Part shown: one piece after another, positions 38,472 to 53,045 of the stretch
How the letters are laid out: each line of letters begins with the position of its first letter
How positions within the stretch are numbered: the stretch's first letter is position 1
Assembly: GCF_009834535.1 (NCBI RefSeq)
Contig: NC_045696.1
Span: forward strand, 29,204,001 to 29,268,000
DNA from: Camelus ferus
Lineage: Eukaryota
Length of the DNA stretch: 64,000 bases
Direction: 5' to 3'
Notes under the pieces: model-generated
The model's input: the letters and a program-made list of their open reading frames with translations, nothing else
Database searches by the model: none
Told to the model about the DNA's origin: nothing
Program-made: the position numbers and the translations under genes

Positions 38472-41400
38472 GAATATGAGAGACCCAAATGTAATCAGAC
38501 ATTACAGCCAGGAAATCCAGAGAGTGAGGGAAAAGAAGAAAAAGATAATTGCTGTATTTTGTGGTGAATAGAATATGGTGCATTTTAATTCTGGCAACAT
38601 AATGGGTGAAACATTGATATTACTGGGTATATCCTATCAGAGAAGGAAAGGAGTTTCTACGGGAAAACACTCAATAAGAATTTTTTTTGGGAAAAAATGT
38701 TTTTTTTGTTTTAGAACTATTTAAACTTATTCTCCATCAGGCAAACAGGACAGACCATGAGAATCCAAACACATATGCACTTCTGCAACATGACAGCTCA
38801 TGTTGGAAAGCGATTATTCCAGCTCTGCCACAAGCTCCCAGCACAGGGGCATCTGGCTACCTCACTCTGCACACAACGTAACAGCTACATTTTTTCAAAT
38901 GCAGAAGTCCATTTTTCATATTAAAAGCAATATTTTCTCATGTTAAACTTCTATTAATTCTTGTTTTTACATGACACTTAAATTAGCTTCTGACAGATAC
39001 AATTCCATCTACATAGAACAGTGTATCAAGCTGATGTGTTTGGAGTGAGAGGCGCAGTCAGGAGAGGACACTTTTATCATGTTTTACGTTTGATTGTTTA
39101 TGCGCGACAGTGCATTTAAGTTGAGATTCAGCAAGCCAGTTGCCAGAGATTTAAAGCCTGGCAAATAGCACATTCTTTTCACAAAATAAAGAGCGTGCAG
39201 GCACCCACACCAGCTTACAAGTTATTCTTTATGAACAACAGAATTGCTTTTTGCCCATTTCAGACAGAACCCTAAATGTCTCCAGCACGGCAAGAGAGAG
39301 CACAGGAAGCAGAGAGAGCTTAATATTCCAGCCCAGCTTCCTGGAAACAACCACCACACAAAAAACTAAAATGACAGAGCAGTGTTCTGTAGAGCAACAT
39401 GATTTGTCGGCTTTAAATGGAGAATAATGGTTTTAAGTTTAGAACAGAACTAAAGGGCTCAATTACTATTCATGGATTCTGAATTGTTCTACATTGAAAA
39501 CTCCTTTAGCATGAAATGGTCATCAAAATCAATGCATGAAACCACAGAGAAAAAACACACCTAATTTCCCCTATGAATAAAGGACTTCCCCAATTTAGAT
39601 GACTGGGGGAAAAAAAAAAGTCACCAATTCACACAAATCGATCTTAGGCAGTAGGACTAAACACTTTAAAATAATAACTTTTGGCTAGATGTTGAGGGGT
39701 CGAAGAAAACATATAAGATGGTAATACATGATCCCATTTTTACTTGTACAACTAACACTAATAAAAGTAGACTACCCCTCCTATTGAAGGCTTTACTACT
39801 GAGCCATCATCAATTTTCTTAATCTTCAAAAACTATGCTAACACTTATCTAAAATGTATGGACATACCTTTTATGAAAACTAAGAGCTGTTGCCATTGGA
39901 ACTGAGTAGAATTTCTGGTGATGATAGTGTAATAATAAATTGACAAATATATCACTTCTTTAACTATGCTTATAGCCCCAAATAAGGAGCTGTTGACTAG
40001 CTTTTATGCTCTAGAACTCTAGAGATGTAAAGGAAGTATTCAATAGTGAAAGAGTTGATAACCCATTGGGTATCAGAGCTGAATGATTTTTGTTTGCTTT
40101 ATTTTTTTCTAAATATTTATTTCTCCCAATAGTATCATGGTTTTCTAAGATGATGCACAAAAGTGAGTGACCTGCTTCCCCAATCATATGTTTAGAACAA
40201 CAACAACAAAAATGCTTATTAATGTGTGAAATATATCGATTTTGATTGTTTTTCCCCATGTATTACCTCATAAGTATAGTATAATCTGAGAAATATTGAT
40301 AATAAACTAAGGTAAAATGCATCCCTTATGTACTGACTTGTGTAGGGGGGGAAAACTTTTGCTTTTATATTGACATTGGCAAAATTTCACGTGGACTCTT
40401 ATGGACTATAGTTGCATTTCATTTACCATATTAAAAAATGTCAAATCCTAAAACTAGGCAAAACACTATCGGTGTTTTTTTTCATTTTGTAGGAGAACAG
40501 TAAAGTCCTGAAGGCAATTTGAAAGCCTTAGTTAACCAGCTCCTTCTGTTTGCATATTCAATCCCTCAATGTAACATATGCATAATTTTATCATCATTGT
40601 GTGCCATCTGGAGTATACTGATTGAACTGCAGTTTGAAAATGAGGGTTAAGAGATAATTTGGTTGCATACATTTAGAACTGAAATGTCTCTCACAGAGCA
40701 GAACAGAATTATTTAAAAACAGAACTATGACTAAAAGATGAAAATATATTCCATCAACTCAAGAAAACCAAGGAAGACAATTAAGCCCTTTTGCTTTTTT
40801 ACTTCAAGGCTTTTAAAAATTTTAATAACACTGGTATTCTAAGGGAATTGTGGTTAAAAAAAATTGTACTTCCCTTTTAATGTAATAATTATAAATAATC
40901 TTTCAAGGTACTTCACACATTTGCTTTAATTTATCTGGGAAGATTTAACAGATTATCAACAAACAATATCAGCTAAGACACTTCTGTGTAAGCAATTTAT
41001 TCTTTAACTATAATATCACTTGATATTAGGTCAAAAACTGGCAGAAATTTATCAAATTTGAGCATCCTAGCTGAGAGCAATTGCATTGAAAGCACATGAG
41101 GACCATACTTAAAACTGACAACAGTTCAACTTCAGAATTTTTACCTTCAATTTCCACCATATGATATCAAGTGAAACACTTTATAAAAGCCATTTTAATA
41201 TGGAATTATTTCATATATTTATAAGAATAATAACTTAGCATGTCTTCTCTTGTTCAAAACTTTTTTACATTTATTTCTTTTTTGAATTTTTCTGATTTAA
41301 AAATTTTTCTAATTTTCTTTTTTTTTCACATTTTCTAATACCACTGAATGGTTGAGCCACCATATTCTAAGGGATGTACATATCAAATTACATTCTCAAA

Positions 41401-42344
41401 AGTATAGCCATCAAGAAGGTAATTACACAACCTAGGCTTGCTTAAAAATCACTAATTTTTCAAAAGGTTTTAGGTGGTTTAAGGCTATTTGCCTTCCCAT
41501 ATAATACATGCTATTCTATTGTGTGTATGGAAGAGGACTTTTGAAACATAACCTTCCCCAAATTATGGATTCCCAAATTTACGTAAAAATGAACTCCTAT
41601 TACCAAGTGACTACCTCCCTGGATACTGCTTTCCTGCTTAAAGGGTGACCTCTGAGCTTACTCCTTCACAACTGGAAACTTCTCTCTCTTCTCAACCCCT
41701 CCCATGATAGTTTTCTGGAATACTATTTTCCTGTTATGATTAATTTGCTCAGCTCACAGAGCAGATATGGAGGCATGTGCTTAAATGCTTGAACTGTGAG
41801 TTAAAGAAGAGTGTGAGTGCATGTTATTAGACACCACGGCAGTCCGGGCCACTGAGTGAGGCAGTTCACTACTGAGTTTCCCCCTTACTTGCCCAGAAGA
41901 GCAGAGAGGGGCAAGCATCTCATCTATTACTATCCCGTCACAGAACATGACATTCTAATTCAGTCAGTGGGGACTCACAATAAACTCAAAATCACACTAA
42001 ATGCCTCCCTGGTATGACAATTGATTACATCTCTTAACCTTTCTGCATCTGTGGTACCATCTGGAGCATTCAGTGCTTATGTTTTTTGCACACAAAGAAC
42101 AGGTACCAGCCTATAGCTCCAAGTACATTCTGGATCCCTCTACTGTAAGGCTATAACAACAATAGAAATAAAAAAGAAACAATAGCCAGAATCATCTTGG
42201 TTTCACAAGAGGTGAAATTTCAAGGAAAACAAGGTACACACCCAATAACTAATATTTTATAGAATAACTAATGTAGAATTTTCAATTTGAAAAGCTATCA
42301 ATTCACTCTTGGGAAATTTATCCAGACATAGAAGAAAAAAGGAC

Positions 42345-42550
42345 ATCATATAAGGAACTAATATGTGCCAGAGGCTTTACATACATGATATTTCATTTTC
42401 TTCTAAGTACTGAGCACTTATGTCCTATATTAGTATAAAGTTAAGACTCTGAAATGTTAAGTAACTTGATTAAGGCTACACAAACATTTAATTTTGGAGC
42501 TAAGATTCAAACCCAGTTCTACTCCCAGAGCCATTGTTCTTCCTTCCACA
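42345..42550 (-). mobile_element. MIR SINE
   Basis: gttaagtaacttgattaaggctacac...gattcaaacccag. Confidence 0.65.
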
Positions 42551-42726
42551 TCATTAAATTTAATCCAGTTTAATATATATTAATCCTTTTGACAAATATT
42601 CATTAAATACTATACAATGTGTTAAGAACCTCTATTAGCTGCTGAACAAAATAGCAGATACCTTTATTATACATAAAGAATTGTGCTAAGTAAAGGATAA
42701 ATTCTGTTCAAAGCAAGAGTTTAGTA

Positions 42727-42908
42727 CAGGATTTTCTCATTTGGGGCCATATTATACTTTGTTGGGGTTTTCCTGTGCATTGTGGAATATTTAGCAGCAT
42801 TTCTGCCATCTACTCACTGCATGCCGGGAGCACTCAGTCTCCAGACATTGCCAAATGTCTCCCAGGGGCCAGCTGTCCCCACCCCACCACCACCATTGAG
42901 TATCATTG
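42727..42908 (+). mobile_element. MER20 (hAT-Charlie)
   Basis: cctgtgcattgtggaatatttagcagcat...gtctccagacattgccaaatgtc. Confidence 0.85.
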
Positions 42909-45732
42909 ATTTAAAGTAACGTGGATAGACAAGTTCTTGTAAAACATATTAAAATTGTAAAGTCCTGGGGAACAGGATCTGTCCTAATATTTTCTGAAGC
43001 AGTTAATTTTGTAGCTCTTCTCACAATGAGACCTTTGGAAAATTCTGGCTCATAAATGAATAAATGAATGAATGAGTGAAAAAATGACCGACCGAGCCAC
43101 TGGCAAAGTACTTCTCCTAAGGTGGAAAAGTAGCATAGTGAACTAAAAATAAGCAGGGAAGATCTGGGTTTGTTTTCCTCTTTTAGACTTCCTGCACTAG
43201 TTCCCAGACAGAGGAAAAACAAAAAGTGTACGCGAAAAAGTGTTACCCAAGTTGGCACACACTTGTGGCATCACGTGCTGAGCCCTCTCTTTTCTCATTT
43301 GCCTTATCCAGGTTCCTGGTATCTAGGCAGCCATGCTCCCATGTGCCACCACCAACTGTGAAATGTGGCAGAAATTCACAAAAATTGCCTTTTCCCTAAA
43401 ATAGAGGGGTTATAACTTTAGCCTTTGATAACATCATTTTCATACTCTTGCATTTCTAAGTACCTTCCTACATTAAGGAAAAAAAAAAAGCTTTATGGGG
43501 ACACATAAGAAAACTCAGAACCCTTGATCTCTGTGATCTGTGAGGAAGCCCTTTGTGAGTGACAGTCGGTGCTGTCCTGATCCGCACTTAACTGGTGTGG
43601 CAATTACAAACTATTGCTATGCTTGGGCATATGAATTTATAGTGACTTCCATTTCCTCTCTGTATTTACTCATAGACAAAATTTTAATAAGGAAAGATGC
43701 AAGAAAAGATGGAGAAAATGAATAGTACAATATGTCTGTATTGCACGTGAGTGAGAAGGACACAAGAAACCATTTTCTGAATACTGATCTAATAACAGTA
43801 TCTAATAGCAAGACCCAATATGAAATGAAAGGACAAGTCAAGTACAGGGCAACAAGCACATCCACCTTAGCCACATAGAAAAACAAGTACCATGCACATC
43901 CTGTAAATAGTAGCAATCTGTTTTATGGTAAAAACAGACACTGTTGAGTTTTACACTGTGTCGGGAATTCCACACTGCATTACTTAATTCATTCAGTAAC
44001 TTTTAAGGGCAAGGAGAATGAGAACTAGAACATTTACCATCAAGCCTTTCCTAGAAGGACACAGGGGACCTTGGAGGCTTTCTCTCTAGCTTCTGTTTCA
44101 TGTCCCAGATCTCAGAATCAGCTCTCAGGTGTCAGTGAGTGTCTCTGCAGTAGCATATTGGTGGGGCCCACACAGGACACTTAACTTCAGTACTAAGAAG
44201 ACATTTGTTCAAAAAATGGTCTCCAGCTATTTCCTATGAGCAGGATTCTGATGGTAGAGGGTTGCTGAGGCTGTGCCAGCTTGGAGCAGGATCAAATCAT
44301 GTCCAAGCTAACGGAGAAATGAATCGTAATCTCCCAAGCAAGAGCACACTGAAGAGGTTCTTTCGTCAACTGGAGGAGTATGAGAACACTCTGGGAGCTA
44401 CCGTCCATGTACCTGTTGGTTAGCATTGCACCCAGACTTCTTTGGTCTCCCAAGTTGATGGCAGAAGAGTCTATAAACTCTATATTCAAACTGTTTCCCA
44501 CTTGTCAGGCATATTTCTGAGTCACTTACTCATTTGTCATCTTTATTCATAGCAAGATGTCCATTTCTGACAATGCATTGCTTTTCAGCATGAAAAGAGA
44601 ACACTGCTGCTTAAATATGGGGGAAGTTCCATTTCCAACAGTTGAAGGAAACGACAGCATTTTTGAACTCATCAGCGGAGAAAAGGAGGTTTGCAAATTG
44701 TCACTTTCCTGCTGTTCTACAAAGTGCATTACCTAAAGATTATAAATTCCAAAGATTATGGAAACCATGAGACTTTATCAGGAGACACAAACAACCATCC
44801 CTTTCAAAAACTGTGTTCAGCAGCCTCAACAAACCACCAATGAATTACAGTCATTTATGAAATTCTACACTGCTGTGTCGGGCAGGGACCCAAGTACAGT
44901 CAACTATCTCAAGGCCATGGCACCTGTGTGCAGGGGTGAGTGACTACCTTGTCCTTCTCCAGCCTCTGCTCCTGTAACCGCAATGCTGGTTGGCACAGGA
45001 AGAATCCAGCTCATTTGGCCCCTGTCTCTTCTAGTCAAATAGAGGGCTCTCTTTCAAACAAGTGACAGCTTTGGTGGGCATCTAGTCTGGACAGCACATT
45101 TGCATTACTGCTGCCAAGTGTACAGCTCCCTGCAAAGGAAACAGGATACTATTTCCTAGGCAAAATGCTGTGCTCTTTTTTTTTTTTTTCCTGAGAAAAA
45201 GCCCACGTGAAGTCAACAAAAGGGAAAGGATAAGAGAAATGTGGAAGCAAAATAGAACGTGTGATTGACATCGATGCGGAAGACCTGCAGCTGGCTGAGA
45301 CCCTGAATGGGCTCCAGGCTCAGAGGGGCTTTTTATTTCTTTGTACTTCTCAGAAAAGGTTAGAATGATTCCAGGATGATCTCTGTTTTTTTCCTCCACC
45401 AAATACCTTATTTCTTGAAAGCATGTTGTAGAAGAGAGACAGGAGAGGCCAAAGGAGGAAAGAAAATGGGAAGAAGCATTCTGCCTGTTTCTCTTCCTCC
45501 CTCAGCTCCTTGGTGACTGGGGGAAACATGGCTCAAAGAGACAGAGATTTTCAGACTATTGCATTTTAAGACTATTTTTTTGTTTCACTAAGTCTTTGAT
45601 TTTTAGTCAACTTCTTCTGTTCTTTTTTTCTTCCTGGTCATTAAACGTTCCTGCTCAGCCATTTCTATTCTCATCACACACATTCTCTAGGCAACTTATC
45701 CACATCCAGAGATCCAACCTATCCATCTACAC

Positions 45733-45964
45733 CAGGAGTCTGCATACTTTTTATGAAAAGAGTCACATAGGAAGTATTTCTGGCTACATGGGCCATATGT
45801 TCTCGGCCACCACAGGGGTATCTGTGATCAATTCTGTTGTATAGATGGAAAGCTGCCAGAGACTATTCGTAAACAAATGAGTGCGTTTGTTCCAATAAAA
45901 TTTTGTTTACAAAAACACTTGGTAGGATGGATTTCGTCTGTGGGCCATAGTTTGTTAATGCCTG
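45733..45964 (+). mobile_element. MER58A (hAT-Charlie)
   Basis: gtaaacaaatgag...tgttccaataaaa...tgtgggccatagtttg. Confidence 0.8.
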
Positions 45965-46031
45965 ATCTATACCAAGAACTCAAAAAAACTTTACCTTCAG
46001 TCAAGAACCTTCCATTCAGATACTTTCTAAC

Positions 46032-46353
46032 TGCTATGATCTGAATATTTATGTCCCTCCAAAGTTCAGGTTTGAAACTTTAATGCCCAGTGTGGTGGTC
46101 TTAGGAGGCAAGATCTTTGGAAGGTGATGAGATCATGAGAGCAGAGCCCTCGTGAATGAGATTATTGCCCTTAGAACAGAGCCCCAAGTGAGCTCCCTTG
46201 CCCCTGCTACCAAGTGAAGACGGAAGTCTGCAGCCTGACCATGCTGGCACTCTGACCTCAGATCTCCATCTCCAGAACCATGAGAAATAGATTTTTGTTC
46301 TATAAAAACCACCTTGTCTGTGGTATTTTGCTATAGCAGTCTAGACTAAGACA
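46032..46353 (+). mobile_element. MLT1A-type MaLR solo LTR inserted in an L2 relic (~45640-46740)
   Basis: TG...CA ends, 5-bp TSD ctaac/ctaat, ccatgctggcactctgacctcag..ctccagaaccatgagaaata. Confidence 0.85.
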
Positions 46354-47169
46354 CTAATTCATAGTCATCTCTTCCTTGATGTCCCACTGATACTTCAGAC
46401 CTCCTTCACTATTTTTCCCACCAAATTCTACCTCCAGGTTTTATATTTCAGTGTCTGGCATCACTATCACTTCCATCTCCCATGCCAATGACTCAGAAAT
46501 TATCACTGACGAATCCTTCTCTTTCTCATCCCACTTTAGACAATTTTGTCAAATTTGCCACCTAAATGTATCCTGAATCTCCCTTTCACATAAACACACT
46601 ATTGTATTTGTCCTAAAGTAGTATTTTTCCTTCCAGCTTTGCCTTCTTTCAAGCTGCTACAAGTGTGCTATTTGTAAAGTACAAATATGATCATGTCCTG
46701 CCCCTGTGCAACTCTTTCAAGAAGTCCCCTGCCTGAAACATCAATCCTAAAAACATTACATGCCCAAGCTTAGACCTCCTTAATTAGAGACTCCAAGGAT
46801 AATAAATAATTATTTCAAATGATAATTCCTCAGAAAGACTGACACTGATAAGCCTGGCACTATCCTACCTTTATATGAAATCCATATTCTTTTATATATC
46901 CCAAAAAACCTTCATGATTTAGACCCAGACTGTACCTTAAACCTCATGTGTTTTCCCCAACCCCTTATGCACATGCAAATGATGCCAGTGAACCACTGGA
47001 TCTCTTTACTTTTCAGAGGATACACTGGCTCCAGACATTTTGTCACTCTTGGACCTCTTTGTTAGAGGAATGCCCTCAGGCTTCTGGGATTGCTTTGTCT
47101 GCTCACACAAGTACTAACAAATTAAGGCCCCTGAGGAGCAGCCCTGGACTAACAACTGCAGAAGAAAGA

Positions 47170-47172
<3 letters not shown>

Positions 47173-47210
<38 letters not shown>
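47173..47210. repeat. (TA)n microsatellite
   Basis: Direct reading. Confidence 0.95.
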
Positions 47211-47211
<1 letters not shown>

Positions 47212-47339
47212 CTCCTTGTCCCCTGATTTGAGATAACTCTTAAAATGTATCCTAGGCTGTGTTTAGAGCTACCTAGTGGGACTGAGTCAAAATTACTCTC
47301 TCTGAGCATTTATTCAGTGCTGCCCTCTTGCTTAGCTTC

Positions 47340-47775
47340 TGTGATGGCTAGTTTTATGTGTCAACTTAGCTAGGTCACAGTACCCAGATATTTGTTCAGA
47401 CTGTTACTGGATGTTGCTATGAAGTTATTTTCAAGTTGAGATTAACATTTAAATCAGTAGATTTTTTACAACATTGTAAATTCACTATACTTCAAAAAAA
47501 GAAAAAAGGAAGAAATTAAATCAAAAGATTTTTGAGTAAAGCTGATTATCCTCCATAATATAGTTGAGTCTCATCCAATTAGTCGAAGGTCTTAAGAAAA
47601 CAGCATAAAGTACACTGTGAATGAGGGAATTCTGCCTCCAGACCGGCTTCAGTCTCAAGCTGCAGCATTAACTCTTCCTGGGTCTCCAGCCTACTGGCCG
47701 ATCCTACAGTTCGGACTTTCCAAGCCTCCACAATCATGTGAGCCAATACCTTAAACCTCTCTCTCTTTCCCTTTG
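47340..47775 (+). mobile_element. MLT2 (ERVL) LTR containing a short L1 tail insertion (~47467-47516)
   Basis: tgtgatggctagttttatgtgtcaactt start; insertion flanked by ttaaatcagtagatttt/ttaaatcaaaagatttt. Confidence 0.8.
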
Positions 47776-48924
47776 CTGTATTTCATATGTGTTATTTCCC
47801 TTTTTACAAGATACTGTGGTTTTTTGGTAGCTGAACACAGTAATAGCAACTACCTAAATGGTTAATTATTACAATGTAGGATTCAAATTGAAGACCCTAG
47901 AGAAAAGTTGTAGTTAAAATTTGAGGCTGGAGGTGCAATATTTTGTCATTGTAAAAGACTCAGCTAAAACACTTGGAGAAATTTCATACCTTGGGTTTAA
48001 AATGAATGCCATTTAACATGATATTTCAATAGTTTGTAAAAAAAAAAAAAAAGGTGTGTATTTTGTCTTAGTACAGTTGAAAGACAACAGGAAAACTTCT
48101 TCATCAATTTCTTATTTATGTGTTGATGTTTATGGAGACAAAATATTTTTCTATTGGAAATATATCAAGGGGAAACTTCATAATCAGCTATCATGGAATC
48201 CAAATCATGCTGCATGAAATAGAACATCAATAAATGAAAGGTATTACCTAACATTCAATTTTTATCAAATAAATTGTTCCATGCTATTAAGATAATGTGG
48301 TAATATAATCTGATTCTACTATCCCTATTGTTTATAAATACTCACATAATGAAAAATATTAATAACCATAAACAATATATTATTACTAATAATATAAAAT
48401 ATAACCAAAGAGTACCATTCTTAATGGTCATAAACTTATACTTAAAAAAATTATATTCTGAAACATTACAGATAATCTAGAACAACACATGAGTACTGAA
48501 AAAAAATTTCCAACATGATAAAAGGGAAAAGTTTGCTATATCAAAGTTAACACGTTAAAAGCAAAAAAGTCTGGCTTACTCACAAGTTTTAGTCAGAAGT
48601 AGGCTTTTTCACTCCTAGACCATTAAAACATCAGTAGTTGCCAGGAAGTCATGTACAATTATAACATATTAAAAATGAAATTAAGTTATTTAAATGTTAC
48701 CATCTTGAGCACTAAGAATGGCAGTCTTTCTAAATAATTGTTTATTTTTTAACTGAAATGAAGGAAGAGTACACCAGTGATAATGACCGAGCTCGCATAA
48801 AGAAAAACAGGGGCTTTCGTATCATTAGAACAGTCACAGCATCGGGAGGAAACTCCCTGACTTTGCTCAGTGTAGAGGTTCAATGGGAGATCAGAGGTTA
48901 AGCTGAAGCAGAAAGAAAAGAGAA

Positions 48925-49150
48925 TTGTTACTTATGAAGAATTCTCTGTTGTGCCTCTTCCACTAGACAATTTACAAGATCATAGACTGTCATCACAACA
49001 ACACTGGCAAGAGGTATGGTAATCCCTGTTCTACATACGAGGAATCTGTAGTACAGATAAACTTAGAAGACAAAAAATACCCAGGATCACACAGCAAGTA
49101 AGGATAGTAATCAGCAGTCAAGCTGAGATCAATCCCACACCAAGGCTCTT
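48925..49150 (-). mobile_element. MIR SINE
   Basis: catcacaacaacact...cccaggatcacacagcaagtaag. Confidence 0.55.
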
Positions 49151-50655
49151 CCTACGATCATTCATTCTGCCTTTTGTATCACTAGCAAGCTCAGGAGAGC
49201 AGATCCTAAACTCATCTGAATAAGAGCCTGTGAATGCAGCCAGGACCATAATAAGCAGGCACTAAGCCTCTCAGGAGTGAAGTTTACCGTCAGTGATTTT
49301 GGACTGATGTAAGAATACCATCCCCACTGATTCCAGGCTGGGCTGTGATCCTTGGTTAGTAAGCTTCTTCTTTATGGCAGACAATGAGCTATTAGAGAAG
49401 GTGAAATTGTCAACGCTTCTGAATGGAAACTTTGAACATTGAAAGTATTACATTTGAGTAAATAAAAGACAGTAAGTCTGAAGGTGTTTATCTAAACATG
49501 CATATTTGGTTCATGCTAGATTATTTTGGACAGGACCAAATGTCTTATGAACATTTTTGATAGGATCAAATATCTGCTGATCAGTCAGATGGTGCAAAGA
49601 TAGTGATGGTACCAAATTATAAATGAATAAATGAAGGGGCACAAAACTTTTTGTCAGTATATCAAAATTTTGCTATTAACACTCTGAATGGCCATAAGAA
49701 AGTCAACCCAACACTTCAGTTTTCAATTTATCTCTGAAATGCAAAATTGGGCTTGATAATTTCTTGCTATTTCTTTCTTGTTGCTGTCCTTTCTGTATCT
49801 TCTTATTCATTTCATTTGGATTTTTCTACCATGTCACATAGTCTGAGATAGTAGAGGAATCTCTCTTTTACCTAACATCACCAAAAATTAAGCAGCAAAA
49901 TGTCAATTTTTTACTGTAGTTTAAGTCTTTTATTCATTCAGAATATTTTAAATTTTATCATATAAACTATTACAAGCATGGGGCAAATCACTCTTTTAAA
50001 AAAATATTTAACAAACTCTTTAAGTGTCATTATCTTTATTTCAAATAATCATTTCAAAGCAGGCAAAAAGCTTGGGAATCCAGGGCTTCTGCTGCTATTC
50101 TGCATTAGCCCATCCCACAAGTGATTTGATGACTCCTCCACTGTCTTTCTCTTTCCTCCTTATCTCTCACTTTGTGATTTCCTTTTGGACAGTCATAACA
50201 TAACCATGTTTCTAATCTCTTACCCCTGGGACCTAATTTAAGGAGAACGTAAGTAACTAAGCAAAAATGTAACCATATACATAGACTCAAGACGACTCTC
50301 AATGTGACTCCATAAACTTTTCCACCTTATTTTACATTTACATTATAATCTATTTTACTATTGCTTTTTCTACGAAGTTCAATCTTTTTTCTCTTAATTT
50401 AATTCTGCTTGCTAAAGAGAAAATGGACTGGTATGACTTTTCTATTTCAGACACAGAATAGCTGAGACAGTATACCTTAGGCAGTGCCTTGGGGAGACTG
50501 AGCAATAGTTTAGGATAATGAAACCCAAGTCTTTTTATGATAAACAAAATGATCTTTTATATACATCACACCACATGGGTAAGTTTAATCATTGCCTGTA
50601 TATCCATATATATATACTTACGCACAATTTTTTAACACTGTATAAAAATGTTGTT

Positions 50656-50957
50656 TTTTTTAATTTTATTTTATTGAGTTACAGTTTACAATGCTGTGTC
50701 AATTTCCAGTGTAGAGCACAATTTTTCAGCTATACATGAACATACATATATTCATTGTCGCCACTGTCACCACTTTTTCACCATGAGCTACCACAAGATC
50801 TTGTATACATTTTCCTGTGCTATACAGTATAATCTTGTTTATCTATTCTATGTATACCTGTCAGTATCAACAAATTTCGAACTCCCAGTCTGTCCCTTCC
50901 CACCCCTTCCCCCCCGCAACAAGTTTGTATTCTATTTCTATGAGTCTGTTTCTGTTT
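50656..50957 (-). mobile_element. Young L1 3' end fragment
   Basis: Reverse of the 3' UTR seen at 7480-7760; perfect 17-bp TSD tgtataaaaatgttgtt (50639-50655, 50958-50974). Confidence 0.93.
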
Positions 50958-51239
50958 TGTATAAAAATGTTGTTCTTAATGAAGCATCTAACTGATCCAA
51001 TTTTTATTTAAGTCTTTCAGGTCTTGTCCAAGGTTTTTGAGAATTATGTACTATAATATGCTTTGATTTAGTAATTTACTTATTAAATTTGAATAGATTA
51101 TTTTAGCCATATCACAATGACCAGCCAAAATAAGTGTATTTCTAAATCATAACATACATTTAAATTGCATTTTATAATGCGCTAAGATAAACTTTCCTAT
51201 AAATTGCCTTACTTTCTTAAAAAGTTAAAAAAATATTAT

Positions 51240-51808
51240 ATAAAAGTTAAATATATGTATACATATATCTTCAGGTTTTGCTGAGGAGAAGAAATCATAC
51301 TCTTATATAAGATTTATAGGTGAATATCTTTAGCAACTCTCTTCATAATAATCAAAATTAGAAATAACCCAAATGTCCATCATCAGGTATAAAAGTAAAT
51401 AAACAATAGAATACAACTTAGCAATAAAAGTAAATAAACTACCATACACATTACAACATGGGTGAATCTCAAAATAGGCTGAGTTTAAAAAGTCAGACAA
51501 AGAATTGTGTATGTGCTGTATGATTCCATTTATGGAAAAATGCTAGAAAATACAAACTGACCTCGTGACAGAAAATAATCCATAGTGACAGAAACCAGAT
51601 CAGAGGTAGATGGGCTACAGTGAAGGGGGGCAGAACAGAAAAGTGACAAAAGGGCACAAGGAAAATTTGGGGGTTGTAGTAAATGTTCACTGTTGTGATT
51701 ACGACAATGACTGTACAGGTATATGCGTATGTTAATACTTAACAAATTGTACACTTCAAGTATGTGAAGTTTATTATATGTCAATTATACCTCAATAAAA
51801 GCTGTTAA
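51240..51808 (+). mobile_element. Old L1M (L1MB/MC-like) 3' end
   Basis: aacccaaatgtccatca...tgtatgattccattta...tcaattatacctcaataaaagctgttaaaa. Confidence 0.8.
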
Positions 51809-52811
51809 AAGTTTTTGTTTCATTTCAGTCTCACTATCATCCTGTGAAGTAGTATTCTTCCATTTTACAGTTACTGAAATTGTGGCTTAGAAAGTTGTAT
51901 TATTTTTCCATGACTGTACTTTATGTATCTATCACATGGGGATTTAAGTATTTCAGTATTTTTATTTTTATATATCTACATTAATATAAATATTTAAATA
52001 TTTTCTCTCACTTGTATATTCCTTCCATGTCAATATTTTTCCTGTAGAAGAACATAATGTATTTAACACAACCTTTATCATATTCAAGAAACTCTACTAC
52101 TAAATCTGAACAAGTGTCATGTACTATCTATTCTCTGCTTAAATATTATCTTAAATATTTCTGATAATAAAAGAAAAACATTTCTCAATTTCTTATGCCA
52201 AAGATTTATGGTTTCAGTGATATCTAACAGACTCCCAGTCCAGTGTCATATAGCTCACCACAAAAATTAGAGGGAATGCATGGAAAATACTAGTTACGCA
52301 CGGTAGCACTGAAACTTTAAACTAACATCAACCAGTCATCAAAATCTGACATGTCAACATTATAAAAATAAACCTAATGAGACCTGTATTAGTGACCCAA
52401 TCAATGTGCTATGTACCCTCTGAAACAGAGATAGCCTTCTGCCCTCAAAGATAAGGTAAGAAGAAAAAGAAGTATACCTTCTTCCCGACTATTTCAAGAT
52501 GCAGAATAGCCTTCTGTATACTGATGAGAATTGCTTTCACTGTAGAGGCCTGACTCTGCACCCATTCCCTCAAATCAGTTAACTTCCATTCTACAAAAAG
52601 ACAGGGAAGTGCTGATTCTAACGAATTAGGCACATGGTGGTACTTTGGAAGATACGATTTACGTATTTATACAAGCTGATGTACATGGCATATCACTGAT
52701 AGAAGTACAAGGACTGTAATTATTATAAATATATAATTATTATAATTATAAGAACTGTAATTTTTCAAATAGTGCCTTAGTTTAGAGCTTCAGAGAATAA
52801 GAAAATGCTTT

Positions 52812-53045
52812 ATAGAAAACAAACTTATGGTTACCAGAAGGGGAAAGAGGATGGGGAGAGATATAGATAAATAACAAGGTCCTACTGTATAGCACAGGGA
52901 ACTATATTCAATGTCTTGTAATGCCCTATAATGAAAAAGAATATGAAAAGGAATATATATTAATATATGAATCACTATGCTATATACCAGAAATTAACAC
53001 AACATTGTAAATCAACAATACGTCAGTGAAAAATAAATAAATAAG
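52812..53045 (+). mobile_element. L1 3' end fragment
   Basis: aacaaacttatggttaccag...ctactgtatagcacagggaactata; TSD-like aataagaaaatgcttta/aataagaaaatacctta. Confidence 0.85.

Noticed and set aside
44205..44423. ORF with protein-like stretch STLKRFFRQLEEYEN
   Set aside because: No recognisable homology, non-ATG start, weak splice sites
48758..48901. 47-aa ATG-initiated ORF MKEEYTSDNDRARIKK...
   Set aside because: Short, no recognisable homology or promoter evidence
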